Positions 1 to 6,745 of a stretch of DNA of 64,000 bases are shown here, piece by piece. The notes beneath the pieces were generated by a model. It worked only from the letters and a program-made list of their open reading frames with translations, was not told the DNA's origin and did not search any database. This DNA is from Acidobacteriota bacterium. Lineage in GTDB: Bacteria; Acidobacteriota; Thermoanaerobaculia; Multivoradales; Multivoraceae. The translations under genes and the position numbers were made by a program. Position 1 is the first letter of the stretch. Each line of letters opens with the position of its first letter. The stretch is taken from the NCBI GenBank assembly GCA_028877275.1, contig JAPPFP010000006.1, forward strand, positions 576,775 through 640,774, given 5' to 3'.

Positions 1-164
1 GGCGAGTAGCGGGTGAAGGCGTGGTCGCGGCCATGATGGGGCCACTCGGCACTTCCCTCGCCTGACTGGGCGAAGGCGCCGGTTGCCGTCGAGGCGGCTG
101 CCAGCAGTGCCAGGACGAGGCGGGGCCGGCAGAGGGTGGGGCGTCGGCGTACGTTCCTGTTCAC
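1..164 (-). CDS. PQQ-dependent dehydrogenase paralog, N-terminal ~50 codons only (gene continues beyond window start)
   Basis: Minus-strand translation of 1-140 reads ..LALLAAASTATGAFAQSGEGSAEWPHHGRDHAFTRYSP, almost identical to the N-terminus of the 2387..4381 quinoprotein. Nucleotides 1-140 visibly match 4241-4381. A GTG at 162-164 overlaps the sulfatase stop (GTGA). Confidence 0.5.
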   Translation of the reverse strand, partial: MNRNVRRRPTLCRPRLVLALLAAASTATGAFAQSGEGSAEWPHHGRDHAFTRYS

Positions 165-2350
165 TGGGCTCGCTGCAAGGCCGCTTCGGTGAGGATTCGC
201 AACTGGTCGACACCGTCGGCGCCGGCGGCCAGGTCGATGACGATCGTCGCCCCGTCGGCGAGGATCTCCCAGCCGTCGGCGTCGGACTCGCCGGCGAGAG
301 TGCCGCGATCTGGCGAACGGCCGAACTCGGGGTTGGCGAAGGCGAGGAAGTCGCTGGCGGCGAGGCTTTCCGAACTCGCGGCAACGCCGAGGATCGGATC
401 GTCGAACGTGATCTCGACGTCATTGAGGTCGCCTGTCGCGGTGGGGGCGAAGTGAAGGAGATAGCTGTGGACGACGGTGCCCGCGGGTACGGTCGCGCCG
501 GGCGGCGAATTGCCGCCGTCGTAGGCGGCGGGGGCGCCGCCGCTTTCGACCACGAGGTCCTCGCCGAGGGTGGCGAACTGCCGCTCGACGACCAGTTCCG
601 GACGATCTGCTGAGGTCCGGCGAGCGGCCGAGAAGTCGCCCGGGACGGTCTCGTCGCCGACGTCGCCGAGAAGGTCGACGCCGTCGGCGGCGGCGATGCG
701 GGTGTCGTAGTCGGCGCCCTCGCGGCTGGCCGCCGTGTCCACCTCGTACCAGGTCGTGATCTCGTCCAGAAGCGAGGTGAAGATCTCCTGGATCTCCTGC
801 GGCTTCGAGTCGACGTCGGCGTTGGTGGCGACCGGGGTCTGTTCGCGTGGGTCTTCGAGCAGGTCGAACAGCTCCCATTCCCGGCCGCTGGTCACCGAGA
901 TCAGCTTGTAGCGGTCGTCGAGGATGGAGCGCCCGCCGCCCAGCCTCATCAGGCCCCTGCCGCCGCGGCCCCGGCCGGCGCTGTCGCAGTCCTCGGGCTC
1001 GCCGGCGGCGCGTTCCGGAACGGGATCGTCGCAGTCGTCGAACCGGAGGCGGCCGAGGCGGAGCGCCGAGCGATCACCAAAGAGGACCTCGGACATCGAC
1101 TCGCCGTCGAGCGGCCGCGAGTCGGGCAGGTCGACGTCCCAGATGTCCAGGAGGGTCGGCAGGTAGTCGCTGGTGATCATCGGCGTGGAGGTTTCGCCGG
1201 GAGGGATCCGTCCCGGCCACTCGACGATGCCCGGTACGCGGACCCCGCCCTCCCAGATGGAGCCCTTGAATCCTCGCAGGCCGGCCTTTGCTTCGTCCCG
1301 GTCGTCGAGTCTCACGGACCCCGAAAGCCCGTTGTCGGAGGTGAAGGCCACCAGCGTGTCGTCTTCGATGCCGAGCGTTCGCAGGTGGGCGCGCAGACGG
1401 CCGATCTCCTTGTCCATCGCCGTGATGCCGGAGTAGTAGGCCTTCTCGTAGTCGTTCATTTCCGCCTGCTCTTCGGAGGAGTAGAACTCGTCGAGAGTGG
1501 CCTGGTCGAGGCGATGGGGGCTGTGCGGCGGATGGAACCAGACGACGGCGAAGAAGGGGCGGTCGGCCGCAACGGCATCGTCGATGAACCGCGTCGTTTC
1601 CCGGACCAGGATGGCGGAGGCGTCGCCGGCGAGCGTGGGGGAGTCGATGTCGATGTGCTGCTCGTGGCCGGTCCAGTAGTGCGCCCCGATGTGGTTGCCT
1701 TCGCTCGGGAGGGGGCCCGCGGGGTCGATGCGCATCGGCTCGAAGGTCGGCAGCGCCTGCGGGGACGCCCAGGCGCGCTCGTAGCCGTGGTGCCAAGGCG
1801 CGGAGTAGAAGTCGCCTCCGCTCCGGCCGAAGCAACGGCCGCCGCAACGCGCGAGGTCGTCCGCGTCGGGTTCGGGTGTCCGGTTCAGGTTGCCGAGGTG
1901 CCACTTGCCGAAGTGTCCGGTCATGTAGCCCTGGGTCTGGGCCAGTTCGGCGATCGTCAGTTCCAGGTTGCGGAGACCGTCGTTGTAGGCCATGTCGACG
2001 TGGTTGCGCCGCGGCGAGCGGCCGGTGACGAAGGACGACCGGGTCGGACTGCAGTTCGAACCGTGCGAGTACATGCGATGGAACTGGAGGCCGGCCGCCG
2101 CCATCGCGCGCAGTTCGGGCGTCTTGACCTCGCTGTGGCCCGGAAAGACGTCGCCGGGGGCGAGTTGCTGGGGATACTCGACGTCGCCCCAGCCCTGGTC
2201 GTCGCTCATCATCAGGATGATGTTCGGCCGTGGCGGACCCGACGACGGTCCGGCGTCCTCGCCCGAGGGAGCGGCGCAACCGCAGGCTACGAGGCCGAGG
2301 ACGAGCGCGCCCGGCCGGTGGGAGAAGGAGCGTGCGACGTTCCTGATCAT
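161..2350 (-). CDS. Formylglycine-dependent sulfatase (arylsulfatase family) with C-terminal extension; lipoprotein signal
   Basis: The N-terminal lipobox is LVACGC. Sulfatase signature CSPTRSSFVTGR and GKWHLG are present. A GAGGAGG ribosome-binding site lies upstream of the ATG. Confidence 0.9.
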   Translation of the reverse strand: MIRNVARSFSHRPGALVLGLVACGCAAPSGEDAGPSSGPPRPNIILMMSDDQGWGDVEYPQQLAPGDVFPGHSEVKTPELRAMAAAGLQFHRMYSHGSNCSPTRSSFVTGRSPRRNHVDMAYNDGLRNLELTIAELAQTQGYMTGHFGKWHLGNLNRTPEPDADDLARCGGRCFGRSGGDFYSAPWHHGYERAWASPQALPTFEPMRIDPAGPLPSEGNHIGAHYWTGHEQHIDIDSPTLAGDASAILVRETTRFIDDAVAADRPFFAVVWFHPPHSPHRLDQATLDEFYSSEEQAEMNDYEKAYYSGITAMDKEIGRLRAHLRTLGIEDDTLVAFTSDNGLSGSVRLDDRDEAKAGLRGFKGSIWEGGVRVPGIVEWPGRIPPGETSTPMITSDYLPTLLDIWDVDLPDSRPLDGESMSEVLFGDRSALRLGRLRFDDCDDPVPERAAGEPEDCDSAGRGRGGRGLMRLGGGRSILDDRYKLISVTSGREWELFDLLEDPREQTPVATNADVDSKPQEIQEIFTSLLDEITTWYEVDTAASREGADYDTRIAAADGVDLLGDVGDETVPGDFSAARRTSADRPELVVERQFATLGEDLVVESGGAPAAYDGGNSPPGATVPAGTVVHSYLLHFAPTATGDLNDVEITFDDPILGVAASSESLAASDFLAFANPEFGRSPDRGTLAGESDADGWEILADGATIVIDLAAGADGVDQLRILTEAALQRAQ

Positions 2351-2386
2351 CTCGTGGACCTCCTCATCCCGCCGATAGCGCGATCG

Positions 2387-4381
2387 TCAGTCCTCTCGGG
2401 GCAGAGCGAAGGCCACAAGTTCCGCCGTCGCCGCCTGGACGTTCGCGTTCCTGCCCACCGCCCTGCCGCCCGGCCTGCCGCCTGCAGGGACCACGATGTA
2501 CTGGCGGCCCTCATGCCGGTAGGTGACCGGCACTCCGTGCAGCGCGGTGTCGGTCTCGATCTGCGCCAGCACCTTGCCGGTCGCCTTGTCGTAGGCGGTG
2601 AGGTAGCTGGCTGTCGCCGTCGGGGCGTCCCAGCTCTCCCTCTTCGGCGAATGGGTGATCAGCAGCGTCCTGGTGACGAGTAGTCCGCCTTCGCGGGTGC
2701 CGCTCGAAGGGCGGCTGCCGAGGGGGCCGAGGTCGAGATGGCGGATCGCGGGGTGATCCGTCGGGCCTTCTCCCAGCGGCACCTGCCAGGCGTGCTCGCC
2801 GGTCTTCAGGTCGATCGCCGTGATGCGCCGGTAGGGCGGTTTCGTCAGGGGCAGCCCCTGGGGGATCTTGAGTCCTCCCGCTCCTCCCGTCGACTTCTTC
2901 ACGTAGCGGAACTCGCTGCGGGCGGGGTCCGGCTTCGCCAGTCCCCAGGCGCCGAGCTGGGTCGTCGACTGGACGTAGACGATCCCGGTCAGGGGATCGA
3001 ACGAGGCGCCGGGATGGTTGGCCCCGCCGCCTGGGCCGGGCGAGACGATCGTGCCGAGCTTGCCTCCTTCGCCGGCGACGATCGAGGGCGTGAAGATCGG
3101 GCCGGTGACAAACGATTCGATGACCTCAAGCGCCTCCCGGCGCAGCCCCGGCGTGAAGTCGACCAGATCGTCGACGGTCAGGCCCTGAAGATCGAATGCC
3201 GGCGGTTTGGTCGGAAACGGCTGGGTCGGCGAGAGCTTCTCGCCGGGCACCGTGGACGGGGGAACCGGCCGCTCGTCGATCGGCCACAGCGGCTCGCCGG
3301 TGACCCGATCGAAGACGTAGAGGAAGGCGGTCTTCGACGCCATGGCCACGGCCTTGCGCAGCCGGCCTTCGACGACCACGTCGACCAGGTTCGGGGCCGA
3401 GGCGTTGTCGTAGTCCCAGATGCCGTGATGCACGGTCTGGAAGTGCCAGACGCGCTCGCCGGTCTCGGCGTCCGCGCAGACCAGGCTCTCGCCGTAGACG
3501 TTGTCACCGTGGCGGTCGCCGCCGTAATAGTCGCTCGACGGTGTCGACGTGGCGAAGTAGACGTAGCCGAGCTCCTCGTCGGCGGCGAGCGGCGCCCACA
3601 CGTTCGTGTTGCCCATCCACTTCCAGGAGTTGTTCTCCCACGTCTCGGTGAAGTCGTCGCCTTCCTGCGGAATCGTGTGGAAGCGCCACTTCTGCTCGCC
3701 GGTGCGCACGTCGTAGGCGCGCACGTGGCCCGGCGGGATGCCCGTCCTCTTCGACGGCACGTCGAAGATCCGCGAGCCGACGATGTACGTGTCGCCGACG
3801 ACGATCCCGGGCGAGCCGGCGCTGATGTCGCGCAGCCGGATCCCCGGGCGGCCGAGGTCGTCGAGCGCCATGTGGACGAAGCCCTCCTCGCCGAAGTCGG
3901 GATCGGGTTGCCCGGTCGCAAGGTCGATCGAGATCAGCAGCTTGCCGGAGGTGGCGAACAGGATGCGCTCCTCGTCGCCGTCGGTCCAGTACTCGATCCC
4001 CCGGGGACTCGAGTACGCGGCCCTGGGCGCCTCGTACGCTTCGGAGTCGTACACCCAGATCTCCTCGCCGGTGGCGGCATCGAGTGCCGCGAGCTGCCAC
4101 AGCGTGGTCATCATGTAGACCCGCCCGCCTACCATGAGCGCCGAGCCGGAGAAGGCGCCGGGTACCTCCCTCACGCGGTGGTCGGCGGACTTCCAGCGCC
4201 AGGCCACGTCGAGCTGGGAGAAGTTCCCGCCGTCGATGTCCGCTAGCGGCGAGTAGCGGCTGAAGGCGTGGTCGCGGCCGTGATGCGGCCACTCCACGTC
4301 CGGGGCGCCGGACTCGGCGAAGGCGGTGGGGCCTGCCAGGGCGGCCGCCACTGCCGCCAGTACCGTGTACGCAGCCCTCAT
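2387..4381 (-). CDS. PQQ-dependent dehydrogenase (8-bladed beta-propeller quinoprotein, methanol/ethanol-dehydrogenase superfamily), secreted
   Basis: The protein has repeated W-containing propeller motifs and GIWDYDNASAPNL (DYD) in the catalytic region. The track ORF was trimmed to the internal ATG at 4381, which gives signal peptide MRAAYTVLAAVAAALAGPTAFA. That ATG overlaps the stop of the upstream gene (ATGA). Confidence 0.85.
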   Translation of the reverse strand: MRAAYTVLAAVAAALAGPTAFAESGAPDVEWPHHGRDHAFSRYSPLADIDGGNFSQLDVAWRWKSADHRVREVPGAFSGSALMVGGRVYMMTTLWQLAALDAATGEEIWVYDSEAYEAPRAAYSSPRGIEYWTDGDEERILFATSGKLLISIDLATGQPDPDFGEEGFVHMALDDLGRPGIRLRDISAGSPGIVVGDTYIVGSRIFDVPSKRTGIPPGHVRAYDVRTGEQKWRFHTIPQEGDDFTETWENNSWKWMGNTNVWAPLAADEELGYVYFATSTPSSDYYGGDRHGDNVYGESLVCADAETGERVWHFQTVHHGIWDYDNASAPNLVDVVVEGRLRKAVAMASKTAFLYVFDRVTGEPLWPIDERPVPPSTVPGEKLSPTQPFPTKPPAFDLQGLTVDDLVDFTPGLRREALEVIESFVTGPIFTPSIVAGEGGKLGTIVSPGPGGGANHPGASFDPLTGIVYVQSTTQLGAWGLAKPDPARSEFRYVKKSTGGAGGLKIPQGLPLTKPPYRRITAIDLKTGEHAWQVPLGEGPTDHPAIRHLDLGPLGSRPSSGTREGGLLVTRTLLITHSPKRESWDAPTATASYLTAYDKATGKVLAQIETDTALHGVPVTYRHEGRQYIVVPAGGRPGGRAVGRNANVQAATAELVAFALPRED

Positions 4382-4812
4382 CGGTTCGGCGGCTCCGATG
4401 GGTCGGCCGAATCTCTCGGCGCGCCGGTGCCTGAAGAGCCGAGGAACAGCCTCTCCCCGTTGGTGTAGGTCACGGTGCGTCCCGCGCACTTGTTCGAGCG
4501 GTCCTTGGCCTGGAAGCCATCGACGACGATCTCGGTGCCCGGCATCAGCGAGTCCTTGGTGAAGCCCCGACGGAACAGGCTAGGGGGACTGCCGCTCTCG
4601 ACCATCCAGATCTCGGTCGAACCGTCTTCCTTCGCGACCTCCATGTGAATCCACGCGTGGGGATTGATCCACTCCATCCGGGTCACCTTCCCGGTGAGCT
4701 TGACCGGGCGGTCGGCATCGAACTCGGCCGCGAAGGCATGGTGCGCCATCGCCGGCGCGGCGCCCACGGCGAGAGTGAGAGCGGTTGCGGCCATGAGGAC
4801 CTTGGTGAGCAT
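4378..4812 (-). CDS. Small secreted protein (~144 aa); mature N-terminus predicted as His-His after AMA cleavage site
   Basis: AAGGAGG lies 8 nt upstream of the ATG at 4812. The signal peptide is MLTKVLMAATALTLAVGAAPAMA followed by HHAFAAEF. The stop overlaps the start of the downstream quinoprotein. GC3 looks coding. An alternative ATG at 4836 overlaps the upstream stop. Confidence 0.55.
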   Translation of the reverse strand: MLTKVLMAATALTLAVGAAPAMAHHAFAAEFDADRPVKLTGKVTRMEWINPHAWIHMEVAKEDGSTEIWMVESGSPPSLFRRGFTKDSLMPGTEIVVDGFQAKDRSNKCAGRTVTYTNGERLFLGSSGTGAPRDSADPSEPPNR

Positions 4813-4832
4813 GGCGTTGACCTCCTTCCGGG

Positions 4833-5651
4833 TCATTCGGGATCTTCACCCTTCCAGACGCCCTTGCTCAGGTGGCGGTACATCAGCTCTTCCGCGAACA
4901 CCACGCACTTGAAGTCGAGAAGCTGCATGTTCGGCTCGATCCGTCGATAGAGCGGAAAGCTCACTTTCCACGGGCGGGTGTAGGTCTTCGGGTCGGTGAT
5001 CGTCGCCTCGTAGAGGAGATGGTCCGGCCCCGTCGCCGTGTAGCGCTCGAGGACGTGGAACTCCTCGCTGTGGTGATTGCCGGAGCTGTCGAGCCAGGTG
5101 TCGGGAACCTGGGCGGAGACGTCGATCACCAGGGTTTCTCCCTCCCAGTGGCCCCGGGAGTGGCCCATCCAGTTGTCGCCGGGGCTCTCGAAGTCTGGCC
5201 GGTTCATGTAGACGATCCGGCTGGCGCTGGCGAACTCGTAGGCGAAGATCACGTTCTCGGGGGTCTGGATGATCTGGAACGGGAAGGGCATGTAGTTGGC
5301 GCGGGGGATGCCGGGCATGAAGCACTTGATCGCAGGGTCCAGCTCCCACCACCGCGCGAGGTTCTCCTGCTGCTTCGCCCTCGCCCCCGGGGTGTAGGGG
5401 ATCTCGCCGCCTTCGACGATCCCAAGGCCCCCCGGCACGGCGCCGAGCGCACCCAGTTCGACGATGGGACCCATGCGGGCGGCGTGGGCCTCGATGTCCC
5501 AGTGCGCCGTGGTCAGGGCCTGCCAGATGCCGTTCAGGTCCGGCTCGCCGTCGCTGGTGCGCGGGGCCCGGTAGTCCTGCGCCTGGACCGGTGCCGCCGC
5601 CATCACTGCCACGACGGCGGCGACCGTGGCGGAAAGACCTGCACTCCGCAT
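4833..5651 (-). CDS. Secreted protein of unassigned family, paralog A (PDLNG/WEGETLV motifs)
   Basis: The signal peptide is MRSAGLSATVAAVVAVMAAAPVQA. The protein is a paralog of 5675..6556 and 27896..28999 (shared TSDGEPDLNGIW, GHWEGETLVIDV, RPW). The track ORF was trimmed from 6053 to the ATG at 5651. Confidence 0.6.
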   Translation of the reverse strand: MRSAGLSATVAAVVAVMAAAPVQAQDYRAPRTSDGEPDLNGIWQALTTAHWDIEAHAARMGPIVELGALGAVPGGLGIVEGGEIPYTPGARAKQQENLARWWELDPAIKCFMPGIPRANYMPFPFQIIQTPENVIFAYEFASASRIVYMNRPDFESPGDNWMGHSRGHWEGETLVIDVSAQVPDTWLDSSGNHHSEEFHVLERYTATGPDHLLYEATITDPKTYTRPWKVSFPLYRRIEPNMQLLDFKCVVFAEELMYRHLSKGVWKGEDPE

Positions 5652-5674
5652 TCGGTTTCGCAGGTTCCTACCTC

Positions 5675-6556
5675 TCATTCGGGGTCCGCCGCCGCGGCCG
5701 CGGCGGCCTCCTGCTCGCTGACGCGAGCGCCGCGCAGGATGTTCGCCATGTTGTAGTTGCCCTCGTGGCAGGCGAACTCGAAGAGCGGCTCGTTGCGCTT
5801 GCCCATCGGCATCCTCACCGTCCACGGCCTGACCCAGATCGGCGGATCGTCGATCGTCACCTCGTAGAGCATCACCTTGGGGCCCACCCGGGTGAAGCGC
5901 TCGGTCACCACCAGCTCGTCCGAGTTGAGGGAGTGGAACCAGGTCTGCGGGGTCCCTCGCTGGTGGCTGCCGGCGTACCCCTTGGGCAGGTAGTTCGCGG
6001 TCTCGACGACCAGCGAGTCGCCTTCCCAGCGGCCTCGCGAGTCGCCGAGCCATAGTCCGATCCGGCGATCCGGGTGGGGCGAAGCATCAAGGGGGATGAC
6101 GCGCGCCTCGTGGTACCACTCCATGACGATGACGACATGGTCCCGGTTCTGGACGAACTTGTAGTACTGGTTGAAGTTCGCCCGCACGGGCACGCCCAGG
6201 GTCACGCAGCGCTCGCCCAGGGAGCGGTCCTTCCAGGTGTCGGCCGGATGCTCCTCCAGGTACTGCTGGAGGGCGTCCCAGTCCTTCTGCGCCTGCTCGG
6301 TCAGAGCTGGAATCCCGCCTTCCGGCGGGTCGATGACCAGGTCGGAGAGTCTGGCGCCGCCGCGGGTGCCGCCGATCTCCACCCACACGCCACGCAGGTC
6401 GGGGTGGCCGTCCACGGTGCGGGGCAGGGTCCAGCCCGCTGGCGCCTCGGGCACCTCCACGGGCCCGCGAGCCCTTCGCTGAGCCGCAGCGAGGCCAGGC
6501 AGCAGCAGTACCAACACGATTCCGGCCGCCAGGCGTCGCGATGACGATCTGCGCAT
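5675..6556 (-). CDS. Secreted protein of unassigned family, paralog B (PDLRG...ERC...WEGDSLVVE...ERF...FACHEGNY)
   Basis: The signal peptide contains RR. Conserved blocks are shared with the paralogs at 4833 and 27896. The C-terminus carries FEFACHEGNYNMANILRGAR. Confidence 0.65.
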   Translation of the reverse strand: MRRSSSRRLAAGIVLVLLLPGLAAAQRRARGPVEVPEAPAGWTLPRTVDGHPDLRGVWVEIGGTRGGARLSDLVIDPPEGGIPALTEQAQKDWDALQQYLEEHPADTWKDRSLGERCVTLGVPVRANFNQYYKFVQNRDHVVIVMEWYHEARVIPLDASPHPDRRIGLWLGDSRGRWEGDSLVVETANYLPKGYAGSHQRGTPQTWFHSLNSDELVVTERFTRVGPKVMLYEVTIDDPPIWVRPWTVRMPMGKRNEPLFEFACHEGNYNMANILRGARVSEQEAAAAAAADPE

Positions 6557-6646
6557 CGAGCAGCCTCCTGCGGGTTCTCGGCCGGCGCGCCCCGTCCGGG
6601 GCGCACTCGAAGAACGGCAGTCCGGTTTTCGCGGCGCTGCGCCCTG

Positions 6647-6669
6647 GGAGTGCGCCCTTGGTGCAGCCG
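6647..6669. repeat. 23-bp exact repeat GGAGTGCGCCCTTGGTGCAGCCG, copy 1 (upstream of paralog B gene on minus strand)
   Basis: The sequence is identical to 9106..9128. It is flanked by a 10-bp inverted repeat (GGGCGCACTC...GAGTGCGCCC) and a GCGCCCCGTCCGGGGCGC hairpin. Confidence 0.6.
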
Positions 6670-6745
6670 GCCAGCTATTGGATGGCAGTGGGTCCGTTTC
6701 TGAGACTAGTGGACCTGCCGGCTTCGGTCAAACGCCGTTTGGTCT

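Noticed and set aside
83-613. 176-aa plus-strand ORF and dozens of similar long antisense ORFs in the six-frame track (for example 1385..2683, 2738..4246, 12140..14665, 42898..45756 minus, 45356..46987 minus, 52678..55887, 62192..63094)
   Set aside because: Their translations are Arg/Ala/Gly/Pro-rich and low-complexity. They lie entirely opposite or out of frame with genes that have clear family motifs. They are the shadow ORFs expected in 70% GC DNA.
2387-4381. Calling the quinoprotein a bona fide XoxF methanol dehydrogenase
   Set aside because: The DYD motif is present, but the vicinal Cys-Cys ring characteristic of MDH/XoxF/ExaA is absent and there is no xoxG/xoxJ-like cytochrome nearby. 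I kept it as an unclassified DYD quinoprotein.
2387-4489. Long N-terminal extensions of track ORFs (2387..4489, 4833..6053, 11765..15754, 24490..25455, 26026..27828, 48134..49561, 55762..56472, 58817..61402)
   Set aside because: Internal start codons give proper signal peptides or lipoboxes, ribosome-binding sites, or start/stop coupling with the neighbouring gene. The extensions are Arg-rich and overlap upstream genes.
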